A stretch of DNA of 64,000 nt from Patescibacteria group bacterium (GTDB taxonomy: Bacteria > Patescibacteriota > Patescibacteriia > Patescibacteriales > UBA12465): assembly GCA_041651095.1 (NCBI GenBank), contig JBAZJV010000005.1, positions 1,160 to 65,159 of the forward strand, in the 5' to 3' direction. The position numbers and the translations under genes were made by a program. Below the pieces are notes generated by a model. That model was not told the DNA's origin and did not search any database. It saw only the letters and a list, made by a program, of their open reading frames with translations. This document shows, piece by piece, positions 46,827 to 55,325 of the stretch; position 1 is the stretch's first letter; every line of letters begins with the position of its first letter.

Positions 46827-47423
46827 TCAAAATTTGAATTCCCCTTCGCTGACCAGTTCGCGAAGCGGCTTGCGGCCGGATGGCGTTTCCCGAGCCTGCA
46901 GGGCGTCGCTCAGGTCTTCCTTGTTTCCCGGCCGGCCGATAGCGATCATCGCTTCTACCTTATAGTCATCTCTTATAGCCAACTCGGTCTTGGCGCGCTC
47001 ATAATCGAAACCGGACATGCCATGGGCGATCAGGCCGCGGCTGGTCGCTTCTAAGGCTAAGTTTTCCCAGGCGGCGCCGGCGGAAAAGCTGGCGGTCTGG
47101 TCAAAACGGCCGCTAGCCTCTGATTTTTGCCGGGATAACACAAGTACCAAGACGGCTGCCCGCTTGGTCCAAGCCTGGTTGAATTCGCCCAGCAAGGAAA
47201 ATAACTTATCCCAATGCGGCGTTTGATTCTTGGCATAAATGAAGCGCCAAGGCTGGCTATTGGAAGACGAGGGCGCCCATTTGGCCGCTTCGAACAGTGC
47301 CATCAGCTCTTCGTCTGATAAGGTTCCGCCGCTTAAAGCCCGTGGCGACCAGCGCTTAAGAATCAGGGGGTTGATTTCCTGCTCCGGCTGACGGAAGTCG
47401 CGGATATTTATGTCAGTAACCAT
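46827..47423 (-). CDS. nitroreductase-family protein
   Basis: 198 aa. RWSPRA..., APSSSNSQPWRFI. Confidence 0.85.
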   Translation of the reverse strand: MVTDINIRDFRQPEQEINPLILKRWSPRALSGGTLSDEELMALFEAAKWAPSSSNSQPWRFIYAKNQTPHWDKLFSLLGEFNQAWTKRAAVLVLVLSRQKSEASGRFDQTASFSAGAAWENLALEATSRGLIAHGMSGFDYERAKTELAIRDDYKVEAMIAIGRPGNKEDLSDALQARETPSGRKPLRELVSEGEFKF

Positions 47424-47479
47424 ATGATTAAAAATTAATGAATAAGACGGAGTGTCCTCCTATTCATTATACGCACTGG

Positions 47480-47836
47480 CTAGCGGACGGCGGGCTGGCG
47501 GTCGTGGATCAGGGTGTTGCTGAGCCAAGCCCCCAGCCAGAGCCAGAGCGACAGCCAAATCGCGGTCCACAGGCCATCGACTCTGAAACCCTGAACGATA
47601 CTGGCTGCCAAGAGGACCAGCAAACCGTTAATTATCAGGGTAAACAGGCCAAGAGTCAGAATATTTATCGGTAAAGTCAGAATAACCAGGATTGGCCGGA
47701 TAACCGCATTGATCAGTCCTAAGATAATGGCGGTGACTAAAGCGGCCCAGAGACCGGAAACAACCACGCCGCTAATGATAAACGGAGCTAATAATAGAAA
47801 TAAAATATTAATAATGAAACGGATGATAAATTTCAT
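47480..47836 (-). CDS. four-TM membrane protein of the phage-holin-4/DUF360 type
   Basis: 118 aa. Pattern LINAVIRPILVILTLPINILTLGLFTLIINGL typical of that family. Confidence 0.7.
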   Translation of the reverse strand: MKFIIRFIINILFLLLAPFIISGVVVSGLWAALVTAIILGLINAVIRPILVILTLPINILTLGLFTLIINGLLVLLAASIVQGFRVDGLWTAIWLSLWLWLGAWLSNTLIHDRQPAVR

Positions 47837-47939
47837 ATACTTGGCGAGTTAATTGATTATAGCTTTATTTTAGCATATTTCGCCAAAAAAATCATTTTAA
47901 TCTTAAAATAGCTTATATGGTGGGATATCACTCAATTTA

Positions 47940-47968
47940 TTGACTATTTTACTAATTTTTAGTATTAT
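47940..47968 (+). promoter_or_regulatory. promoter TTGACT-17-TATTAT
   Basis: -35 at 47940-47945, 17-nt spacer, -10 at 47963-47968, upstream of the xylose-isomerase-like gene. Confidence 0.6.
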
Positions 47969-48038
47969 CAAAGGTTATGCAGTTCTTAAACAATGCCTCT
48001 TAAAAGAGGAAAATAATCACTAAACGAAGGAGGTGCTT

Positions 48039-49199
48039 ATGGCACTAAGATCAGGCGCTTTATGGACAGTTCGCTATCGAGGCAGCGATCCGTTCGGCGG
48101 GCCAGTATTAAAAGGGTTATCAGCTATCGAGGGTCTTAATTTATTAGGAGAAGCTAAACAAGCGGGCGCAATCGACATGTTTTCGGCCCACGATGATGAT
48201 TTAGTAGATTACGACCCGATGAAGCCTTTGGATTATCTTGATCCCAATGATCCCATCCACGAAAAAATATCGGAAATCAAAACGACTATGACGAAATGGG
48301 ATCTGCCCATGCATATGGCGACCTGTTCTCTGCATGGCCATCCGGTGTTCACCGCGGGTGGATTTACTAACCGTAATCCTGAAATTCGTAAACTAGCTCA
48401 GGAAAAAGCCAAACGCTGCGCCTGGATCGGTAATCAACTTGGCGCTACCATGGCTACCTACTGGGTGGCTAGAGACGGTTTCGAATCTCCGCCTACAGTC
48501 AATACCGATCTTGATAACTGCCCATACTCCTGGCTGCGGGAAGCCTTAAACGGCATCAGTGAAGAATGTATTTCAAAAAACTATTCCATTAAAGCCGCAA
48601 CTATTGAGCCAAAAGTAAATGAACCGCGCGGCTATATGTACCTGCCACTGGTCGGCTCCGCGATCGCCTTTATTGACCGTTTGAAATATCCAGACTTCTG
48701 GGGTGTCAATCCGGAAGTACCGCAACATAGCAGCATGGGCAATCAATCCCCGTTCTTGGAAATCATGCAAGCGGCATGGATGGGCAAATTAAACTTCTTA
48801 CACGTTGGCGGTCAAATTCCCGGGCAGTTCGATGATGACTTCCCGTTGTTATTCGGGCCCGGCAAGGAAGAAATGATTAATATCATGCTCTACCTTGACC
48901 GCATCGGCTGGAAAGGAGTTATCGAATTTGATTGCCATCCGTTACGTAGCGACCTCACCGCTATGGTCGGAGAACAAAGGGACATTTTCTATCAATTTCT
49001 AAATTACAATAACCGGATGTTAAAATTGATAGAAGTGATTGTTGAACGCCTGAAAAACAACCAGGCTTTTAATGATTCTCTACAAGAATTAAACAATGGT
49101 CTAAACGGCCGCCAGAATCATCTGAAAGTTGAAGAAGCCTTCAACATGGCGCTCTTCAATGTTAGTCTGGAAGAACTTAAAATTGTAAATTACGTTTAA
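48039..49199 (+). CDS. xylose isomerase-like protein (class I length, divergent metal site)
   Basis: Start placed at ATG 48039, 8 nt after SD AAGGAGG. LWTV...DPFG, AHDDDL, IEPKVNEPRG, NPEV, FDDD and EFDCHP line up with actinomycete XylA as I recall it. Confidence 0.7.
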   Translation: MALRSGALWTVRYRGSDPFGGPVLKGLSAIEGLNLLGEAKQAGAIDMFSAHDDDLVDYDPMKPLDYLDPNDPIHEKISEIKTTMTKWDLPMHMATCSLHGHPVFTAGGFTNRNPEIRKLAQEKAKRCAWIGNQLGATMATYWVARDGFESPPTVNTDLDNCPYSWLREALNGISEECISKNYSIKAATIEPKVNEPRGYMYLPLVGSAIAFIDRLKYPDFWGVNPEVPQHSSMGNQSPFLEIMQAAWMGKLNFLHVGGQIPGQFDDDFPLLFGPGKEEMINIMLYLDRIGWKGVIEFDCHPLRSDLTAMVGEQRDIFYQFLNYNNRMLKLIEVIVERLKNNQAFNDSLQELNNGLNGRQNHLKVEEAFNMALFNVSLEELKIVNYV

Positions 49200-49207
49200 T
49201 CAGTACA

Positions 49208-49237
49208 AGCAGGGTAAATCTATCCCCTGCTTTTTTT
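49208..49237 (+). terminator. intrinsic terminator
   Basis: AGCAGGG-(10 nt)-CCCTGCT followed by T7. Confidence 0.75.
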
Positions 49238-49302
49238 ATTTGCGCCGGAAAATGACAAATAATTAAACCCGGCCGGCAGGGCGCCCAAAAATATGCTACA
49301 AT

Positions 49303-49926
49303 ATGGATAATATGCGCCAAATCATTATTGGTACCAAAAACCAGGCTAAATTCGCACAAATGCGGGACGCGCTCCGTCCTTTAGGCTTAGAAGCGGTCAT
49401 GCCTGAAGATCTGCCGGAAGTGATAGAAGACGGCGAAACCAACCAGATTAACGCCAGGAAAAAAGCTTTGACCTATGCCCGTTTCCTTAACGACGCGGTC
49501 CTATCAATGGACAACGCCTTATATTTCCCGGACCTGCCGGCTGACGAGCAGCCGGGCCAGAATGTCCGCCGCATCAAGGGACGGATAGACCGGCCGAGCG
49601 ATAACGAAATACTGGAATATTATCGCGATTTGATCGACCGCTACGGCGGCGAAATCAAAGGGCGTTGGGAGTATGCTATTTGCCTGGCCAGACCGGACGG
49701 CCAGTATTGGGAAACGACCGTGAATTCCGAGCGAACTTTCGTTAGCCGGCAAAGTGACAGTATCATGGCTGGCTACCCGCTTGAATCATTGCAAATCGAC
49801 CCAAAAAGCGGCCGACCATTGGCCAGTTTGCCGGAAGAGGATAGACGCCGCCTCATGTCCCAACGGATCAGCGGACCGCTCCAGGAATTTATCAAGGCTA
49901 CTTGGCTGGCGGAACCGGAAATATAA
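49303..49926 (+). CDS. Ham1/RdgB-like non-canonical purine NTP pyrophosphatase
   Basis: 207 aa. N-terminal IIIGTKNQAKFAQMRDAL resembles the Ham1 ATxNxxKxxE motif. The remainder is divergent. Confidence 0.55.
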   Translation: MDNMRQIIIGTKNQAKFAQMRDALRPLGLEAVMPEDLPEVIEDGETNQINARKKALTYARFLNDAVLSMDNALYFPDLPADEQPGQNVRRIKGRIDRPSDNEILEYYRDLIDRYGGEIKGRWEYAICLARPDGQYWETTVNSERTFVSRQSDSIMAGYPLESLQIDPKSGRPLASLPEEDRRRLMSQRISGPLQEFIKATWLAEPEI

Positions 49927-49996
49927 ACCTGTCGAATCGCCGCCGGCGCCGATCAAGTCGCCGCCTGCTCCCAATGAATAATAATATCTAACCAAA

Positions 49997-50024
49997 TAAA
50001 AAATGGCCTCTGGGGCCATTTTTC
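49997..50024. terminator. bidirectional intrinsic terminator
   Basis: ATGGCC-tctgg-GGCCAT flanked by an A-run and a T-run, between the Ham1-like gene (+) and tRNA-Val (-). Confidence 0.7.
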
Positions 50025-50026
50025 AA

Positions 50027-50103
50027 TGGTGGTCGTTAGTGGATTCGAACCACTGACCTCCGCGATGTGAACGCGGCGCTCTAACCAGCTGAGCCAAACG
50101 ACC
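50027..50103 (-). tRNA. tRNA-Val (anticodon CAC), CCA encoded
   Basis: Manual cloverleaf: acceptor GGTCGTT/AACGACC, D-stem GCTC/GAGC, anticodon stem CCGCG/CGCGG with loop TTCACAT, T-arm AGTGG-TTCGAAT-CCACT, then A-CCA. Confidence 0.95.
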
Positions 50104-50105
50104 AT

Positions 50106-50136
50106 TTAAAACCCCGCCGTAACAACCAGCGGGGTT
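50106..50136 (-). terminator. hairpin plus short U-run immediately 5' of tRNA-Val
   Basis: Minus strand: AACCCCGC-(11 nt)-GCGGGGTT then TT-AAAT. It follows the stop of the 166-aa gene. Confidence 0.45.
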
Positions 50137-50187
50137 ACACACACGAGACGTAGAATAACGTCTTAAGGTGGGTTTAATCGCGCGAAA

Positions 50188-50688
50188 TTAGGCTGAAACT
50201 AAACTTTTTTGATAACTGTCTTTCCAGAATTGGAAAGCGGTTCCCGGCTTCAGATTCTGCGGCAAACCGCAGACCAGCCGGAGGATAGTCAAGAATTCCT
50301 TTTGGTAGTCTTCTTCGAACATATACACCGAAGAGAGTTTTAAATCATAGAGAGAATGTTCTTTGTATTGATCTTGCAGTACGTCAAGACAGTCTTTATC
50401 AGCGCAGCACCATAATTTGCCCAGAGCCGTAAAAGCGACGAATTGCGCCGGATGGCCGCAATAAGTACAAATCGATTTGACTGGTAGGTTTTCGCCGGCC
50501 GCGGAGATGAAATCTAAATGCTGCAGGGCTTCCGGGCAGCAATCAAATTTCTTGATCGCGGTAAAAATTTTCGGTTCGGTCAGGGCTAAAACATCCAAAC
50601 ACTTTCCGGCAAACATTCCTAAATGCTTAAGATCGGGAAAATAGAAGGGCGCCTGAGGCGTCGACGATGCCGCTCCGTTACTTTTCAT
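50188..50688 (-). CDS. hypothetical Cys-rich protein (paralogue A)
   Basis: 166 aa, SD GGAGG. Blocks HLDFISAAGENLP, CTYCG and WCCADKDC are shared with the neighbouring gene. Confidence 0.65.
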   Translation of the reverse strand: MKSNGAASSTPQAPFYFPDLKHLGMFAGKCLDVLALTEPKIFTAIKKFDCCPEALQHLDFISAAGENLPVKSICTYCGHPAQFVAFTALGKLWCCADKDCLDVLQDQYKEHSLYDLKLSSVYMFEEDYQKEFLTILRLVCGLPQNLKPGTAFQFWKDSYQKSLVSA

Positions 50689-50714
50689 GGTTAACCTCCA
50701 AATTAGTTGATTGA

Positions 50715-51224
50715 TTATTTTTTGATGCTTATACTGTTTTGATAGTGATCTGCGAATAGCGCCAAAATTTGTTTGGGGTTGGCGTGCCGGGACAAGCCAA
50801 TGATATTCTTCATGAATTTGGCGGCCTGCTGCTGTTCGGGCGGACGATTACTTAAAAGGCATAGAGTCCTTAAGCTGATCGGATAAATAATTCCCTGTTC
50901 ATCATGATTATTCGCTGCATGGGTCCGATTGATCAGCTTGGTCGAACAATGAAAATCGGCGCAACACATCATATCGTATCTGGCCTTCCCATTTTTAATG
51001 GTAAATTGAACAACTTTATGCCGGCCGCAAAAACAATAAGGTATGGTTGGCAGATTTTCACCGGCGCTGAACAAAAAATTGAGATGTGAGACTAAAGCGC
51101 AATCCGGCGATCTTAGCAAACTGATCGCGGCGGCCGGATCCTGAAAAATAAGAGTTTCGACTGCCTGACCCTCATATCGACCTGAGGACAGAAAATAGGG
51201 TTGTTCGGGAATCTCTGAAATCAT
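50715..51224 (-). CDS. hypothetical Cys-rich protein (paralogue B)
   Basis: 169 aa from ATG 51224 (SD GAGGAG). Blocks HLNFLFSAGENLP, CFCG and MCCADFHC. The track ORF extends to 51359 only by reading through tRNA-Leu. Confidence 0.65.
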   Translation of the reverse strand: MISEIPEQPYFLSSGRYEGQAVETLIFQDPAAAISLLRSPDCALVSHLNFLFSAGENLPTIPYCFCGRHKVVQFTIKNGKARYDMMCCADFHCSTKLINRTHAANNHDEQGIIYPISLRTLCLLSNRPPEQQQAAKFMKNIIGLSRHANPKQILALFADHYQNSISIKK

Positions 51225-51281
51225 AGAACTACTCCTCGTATAGATTGATGGATGATATTGTTTATTAATGAACCAGAACGG

Positions 51282-51365
51282 TGCCCGAGGGGGGATTTGA
51301 ACCCCCATGGGATTGCTCCCACAGCGCCCTGAACGCTGCGTGTCTACCAATTTCACCACCCGGGC
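51282..51365 (-). tRNA. tRNA-Leu (anticodon CAG), CCA not encoded
   Basis: Manual cloverleaf: acceptor GCCCGGG/CTCGGGC (one G-U), anticodon stem CAGCG/CGCTG with loop TTCAGGG, long variable arm TGGGAGCAATCCCAT, T-arm GGGGG-TTCAAAT-CCCCC, discriminator A followed by CCG. Confidence 0.93.
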
Positions 51366-51411
51366 GTTTTTATCGATTCTATATGATTACACAAAATAAA
51401 AAATTTGTAAA

Positions 51412-51780
51412 TCACGGCAGAACCTTCTTGATTTCGGCGACGATTTTCTCCAAATCCCAGTCGCTTTTGACGAAATAGCGGGCCACCCAATTGGTCAAAG
51501 CGGCCGAGATCTTTTCCTTACTGCCGGAATTTGACAGCATCATGACTATGATGTCATTGCCCCAGTTGGCGGCGCGGATTTTTTCCAGCATGGTCAGACC
51601 GTCCATCTTCGGCATCTTGATATCGCAAAGGATGAGATCTGGCCGGTGCTTTTCGGCCAAGTCCAAGCCTTGGATGCCGTCGTAGGCGGCTAAAACCTCG
51701 AAACCGGCTTCCTTCAGCTTGATACTCAAAGCTTGTACTAATTGGATTTCGTCTTCGACGATGAGAATTTTTTTGCTCAT
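51412..51780 (-). CDS. response regulator, stand-alone receiver domain
   Basis: 122 aa. ILIVEDE, phospho-acceptor context LILCDIKMPKMDG, and a conserved Lys region near the C-terminus. The start overlaps the kinase stop by 4 nt. Confidence 0.88.
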   Translation of the reverse strand: MSKKILIVEDEIQLVQALSIKLKEAGFEVLAAYDGIQGLDLAEKHRPDLILCDIKMPKMDGLTMLEKIRAANWGNDIIVMMLSNSGSKEKISAALTNWVARYFVKSDWDLEKIVAEIKKVLP

Positions 51781-54062
51781 ATTTTTATGCGCTTAATTTT
51801 AGTTTTTTTATTTGTCACGCTACGAGCGGCAGGCTCTCCGGCCGCCACGACGCCAGCGGTCTGATTAACCGCCGTCCGGGGCACTTCCTCAATCAGATAA
51901 TGATCGCCCTTCCTCGGCAGGGAGAAATAAAAGGTCGATCCTTTGTTCTCCGCCGATTTCAACCAGAGCTCGCCGCCGTGCGCTCTGACGATTTCCCGCG
52001 CGATATAGAGGCCGAGGCCGGTGCCATCGGGGTCCCGCAGGGCGGCGTTAGCGGCCCGGAAGAATTTCTCGAACAGGCGCGGCTGCTGCTTCAGCGGAAT
52101 GCCGATGCCATGATCCTGAACCGAAAAGATGACCCGGGACGGCTTGAGCGAGGCGGCAAGATGAATCTGTTTGCGCTGACCGCCATATTTGGTTGCGTTG
52201 CTGAGTAAATTCTGCCAAACCTGCCGGAGCTTGTCCGGATCGGCGTAAACGGCCAGATCGGCGGGGACGTCGTTAATCAGCCGCAGGCGGCGCGTGGTCA
52301 GCAAATGCAGATTCTCGGCGACCGCCTCCTTGATCAAATCATTCACCGGTAAATTCTTCTTGACCAGGGTGAACTTACGCCCGGTCTCGATATGGGAAAC
52401 GTCCAGGAGGTCGTCGACCAGACGGATCATCTTGCGGTTGCTGGTAGCGATTTGGCGCAAGAATTCCTGCTGCTCAGCGGTCAGGTTCCGGGACTTGTTC
52501 CCCGCCAGGAGCTCGGTGAACCAGCGGATGCTGGTAAGCGGCATACGCAATTGGTGGGACGCGATGCTGATGAACTCGTCCTTGGTCTTGTCCAGCTTCT
52601 GGAGCATCTCGTTCTTTTCCTGAAGCTGGGCGGTGGCCTTTTTGATTTCCCGCTTCAATTTGACGTTGAAACGCTTAACCCGCTGATATAATAAGGCGTT
52701 CTCCAGGGCGATGCTGATTTCGACGCCGACGGTCTCCAGGACTGCCAAATCTTGCTTATTATAGCTTTCGCCCGACTCCTTCGCGCCTAAAAACAACAAA
52801 TAAGACAATTTCTTCTTGAGGCTTATCGGCACGATGACGTCGACCGGCAATTTGCCCAGCCGGTTCAGGAAATGGGAAAACTGGCGATCGGGCGATTTAT
52901 TGATGCTCTTGACCGTGAGCGGCCGGCCGGCGGCGAACAGCAGATTTAAAGTATGGTAATCCAAAAACATCTTGGCGCGGCGGCGGCAGTGGAAACCGTT
53001 ATTATACAACACCGGCCAATACTGCAAATCTTCCGCGCAGCCGAGCGCGGCCATGGCCCGGCTATGGAAGGCGGGCATGACGATATTGGCCATGGAGCGG
53101 AAAATCCAACCGACATCCAAAGAGGCGCGCAAACGGCTGTTCAGGTTATAGATCAATTCCTGCACGTCATAAAGCGAGGAAAAGAAATATTTGTTGGATA
53201 ACTTATAATATTCATCTTTCAAGGGCGGGAAAGCCAGTAAAGACAAGAACAGCAGGAAAAAATAGGCCGGCACCAGATAGCGCGGAAACAGCTGATAGAA
53301 AAAATTCAGCCAAATGGCCACCGGAATCAGGATAGAAACGAAAGATAAGGCGTAGACCAGATAGCGCCGCATGATGAATTTGACGTCCAGCAGCTGATAG
53401 TAGACGATGGCGTAGGTAATCAGGACGCAAAAAACGATCGGCGAAATCAAAGCGACCGGATAAACGGCGATGCCGTAAGCCGGCAGATAGGCCAGGGCGC
53501 CGACCAGATTCAGGAAAGCGAAGGCAATGACATAATAGACGGCGCGCACCCGCTCTTTCCGGTCCTTGCTCTGCCAACGATAATGGATAAAGTTATATAG
53601 GAAAGCGAAAATGTAGAAAAAGAAGAAAGCCAGAAAAAAGTGATGGCCGAGCTGCGCCCGAGTATGGGCGCCCCACTGGTAGTGGAACACTTCATCGACG
53701 AAATAAGGCGTCCGGCTGAGCAGCAAGAAGCAGATGGACAGGGCGTAAGCCAGCCACATCAGGGCACGGCGGCGGCGGTTATAGAAAGTGGCGGCTAGGG
53801 AAAAATGATACTGAATAGCCGGCACGAAAACCACGCCCAAATAAACAAAGCGGTCCCAGAAGATAATCTGATAATCGCTCCGGGAAACGAACATCATGAA
53901 AGTGCCGAATTCCCAGACGGCAAAAACGATGGTGACGGCGAAAAATAACCGGTGCAACGTCAATTGGCGGCCTTTCCGTAAAACAAAAACGCCCAAAAAG
54001 ATAATGAGGGCCAGGCTGACGAGCGGAAAGAAATCAGTTAAATGCAAACTGAAATTGGACAT
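51777..54062 (-). CDS. sensor histidine kinase with polytopic N-terminal membrane domain
   Basis: 761 aa. About 8-9 TM helices, H-box SHQLRMPLTSI, N-box NLLSNATKY, and G-boxes DHGIGIP and GTGLGLYIA. Confidence 0.88.
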   Translation of the reverse strand: MSNFSLHLTDFFPLVSLALIIFLGVFVLRKGRQLTLHRLFFAVTIVFAVWEFGTFMMFVSRSDYQIIFWDRFVYLGVVFVPAIQYHFSLAATFYNRRRRALMWLAYALSICFLLLSRTPYFVDEVFHYQWGAHTRAQLGHHFFLAFFFFYIFAFLYNFIHYRWQSKDRKERVRAVYYVIAFAFLNLVGALAYLPAYGIAVYPVALISPIVFCVLITYAIVYYQLLDVKFIMRRYLVYALSFVSILIPVAIWLNFFYQLFPRYLVPAYFFLLFLSLLAFPPLKDEYYKLSNKYFFSSLYDVQELIYNLNSRLRASLDVGWIFRSMANIVMPAFHSRAMAALGCAEDLQYWPVLYNNGFHCRRRAKMFLDYHTLNLLFAAGRPLTVKSINKSPDRQFSHFLNRLGKLPVDVIVPISLKKKLSYLLFLGAKESGESYNKQDLAVLETVGVEISIALENALLYQRVKRFNVKLKREIKKATAQLQEKNEMLQKLDKTKDEFISIASHQLRMPLTSIRWFTELLAGNKSRNLTAEQQEFLRQIATSNRKMIRLVDDLLDVSHIETGRKFTLVKKNLPVNDLIKEAVAENLHLLTTRRLRLINDVPADLAVYADPDKLRQVWQNLLSNATKYGGQRKQIHLAASLKPSRVIFSVQDHGIGIPLKQQPRLFEKFFRAANAALRDPDGTGLGLYIAREIVRAHGGELWLKSAENKGSTFYFSLPRKGDHYLIEEVPRTAVNQTAGVVAAGEPAARSVTNKKTKIKRIKI

Positions 54063-54167
54063 AGGGGACTAGTTCTCAGTTTAACATTTTTTCTGAAATT
54101 TAAAAAGAGGAATCGGGTCAGGATTCCTCTTAGTTAGCTGTTTCCGCTTTTAAAGCGGAGCGCTGAC

Positions 54168-55211
54168 TTAATATGGCACCATAGAGTGCCCTGGGGTCTC
54201 ATTTAAAAGATCAAAGAACGGTATCTGCACCACAGCCCGGTTAAGCTCTAATTGCTCATTGACGAGGTCCATGTTCGCCTGATTGACCTGGAAGAAATCG
54301 CGGCCGGCTAGATTAGTTCCGTCCTGCCCGGCCAAACCGAGCATAATAGCTTCGGTAAAGCAGCCATACCAGAAACCGACGGCGGGAAATTGCAGGATAT
54401 CGGGTGAAAAATCATATTTCAGAGTCGGCAGGAAGAAGTCGCCGGCGCTGAAACGCCGCACGGTCGGCGGCAGGGCGTTCATCAATCGGGCACCGACGCC
54501 CGGCGGTACGGCCACATCAACGATAACCGCTTGCTCGGACAACAGGCTTTTAAAAGCTTGGGGATCCAGCCTATCGCGATGCAAATGAGTACAGGAAATA
54601 AACAGTTTGACGCTATTGCCGATGGCGGCAAAATCATCAGTCAGCCTGACCGCCGCCGGCAAAGCCAAATGCTGGCTGGAAAAAACGACGAGCTGCCGGC
54701 AGCCATAGGATAAGAGCTGCCTGATTACCGCCTCGCCCAGGAAACCGGCGCCCATCACGACGATCTTGTCGGTACTGGCTACGGCCGACCCGAACAGGGC
54801 GCCGACCAGACGCAAGAAAGACAAGATGGTGCCGTTATCGCCGATAGTGAAGACAAGGTCCGGATATTTTTCCTTGAACTCGCGCCCGGACCGGCCGGGC
54901 AAACGCTTAGTCGCCGCCGCGAACACGATAGTCTTAATGCCGCGGGAAACAAAATATGCCACGACGGATTTTAAATATAGCTGCCCCCGGCGTATCCCCT
55001 CCTTGGTGCCGGCGGCATCGGTCAAGAGATCCAGCAGCACGACCTCGCCGCCGATTTCCCGGCCGTCCGCCGCGCTGAAGACAAAATCCAGCGGCGTAAA
55101 AAAACCGCCGCTCGACCGGCCGAGCGCATTCGTTACCAAATCCCGGTGCGCCGGCGTCAAAACGTTAGCGATGATGCCCACTGAAGGTGAATGATTTTTA
55201 AAAGAACTCAT
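54168..55211 (-). CDS. NAD(P)-binding dehydrogenase of the COG5322 / acyl-ACP-reductase-like type
   Basis: 347 aa. Rossmann motif VVMGAGFLGEAV. VGIIANVLTP, TIGDNGT, VIVDVAVPP and YGCFTEAIMLGL align by eye with cyanobacterial acyl-ACP reductase (recalled sequence), including the Cys. Confidence 0.5.
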   Translation of the reverse strand: MSSFKNHSPSVGIIANVLTPAHRDLVTNALGRSSGGFFTPLDFVFSAADGREIGGEVVLLDLLTDAAGTKEGIRRGQLYLKSVVAYFVSRGIKTIVFAAATKRLPGRSGREFKEKYPDLVFTIGDNGTILSFLRLVGALFGSAVASTDKIVVMGAGFLGEAVIRQLLSYGCRQLVVFSSQHLALPAAVRLTDDFAAIGNSVKLFISCTHLHRDRLDPQAFKSLLSEQAVIVDVAVPPGVGARLMNALPPTVRRFSAGDFFLPTLKYDFSPDILQFPAVGFWYGCFTEAIMLGLAGQDGTNLAGRDFFQVNQANMDLVNEQLELNRAVVQIPFFDLLNETPGHSMVPY

Positions 55212-55309
55212 GATGACTTACTCCTTTTGCTGTTTCATTTAGATTTTTTGGGTTATTTTTATGCTTACTTTACATCTTATCACGCCCTGCCCCTTTTCAC
55301 AAACCAGTG

Positions 55310-55318
55310 TGCTATAAT
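55310..55318 (+). promoter_or_regulatory. extended -10 promoter element TGcTATAAT of rnhB
   Basis: TGC-TATAAT at 55310-55318, with no good -35. The ATG at 55326 begins 8 nt after the -10, so the mRNA is predicted leaderless or nearly so. Confidence 0.5.
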
Positions 55319-55325
55319 GTAAGGT

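Noticed and set aside
49927-49985. Direct repeat TCGCCGCC...TCGCCGCC after the Ham1-like gene, and the small ORFs reading SPPAP twice (49754-49981 and 49786-50019).
   Set aside because: It is a short, simple GC-rich repeat in a 3' untranslated region. The ORFs overlap a better-supported gene or terminator and have no start context.
51225-51359. N-terminal 45 codons of the track ORF 50715-51359 (MVKLVDTQRSGRCGSNPMGVQIPPRAP...).
   Set aside because: This stretch is the antisense or in-frame reading of tRNA-Leu (51282-51365), a well-known artefact peptide. A strong SD (GAGGAG) precedes the internal ATG at 51224.
50027-51365. tRNA-bracketed segment as an integrated genomic islet.
   Set aside because: I could find no duplicated tRNA 3' fragment (att-like direct repeat) and no integrase. 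It is treated instead as a gene-neighbourhood curiosity.
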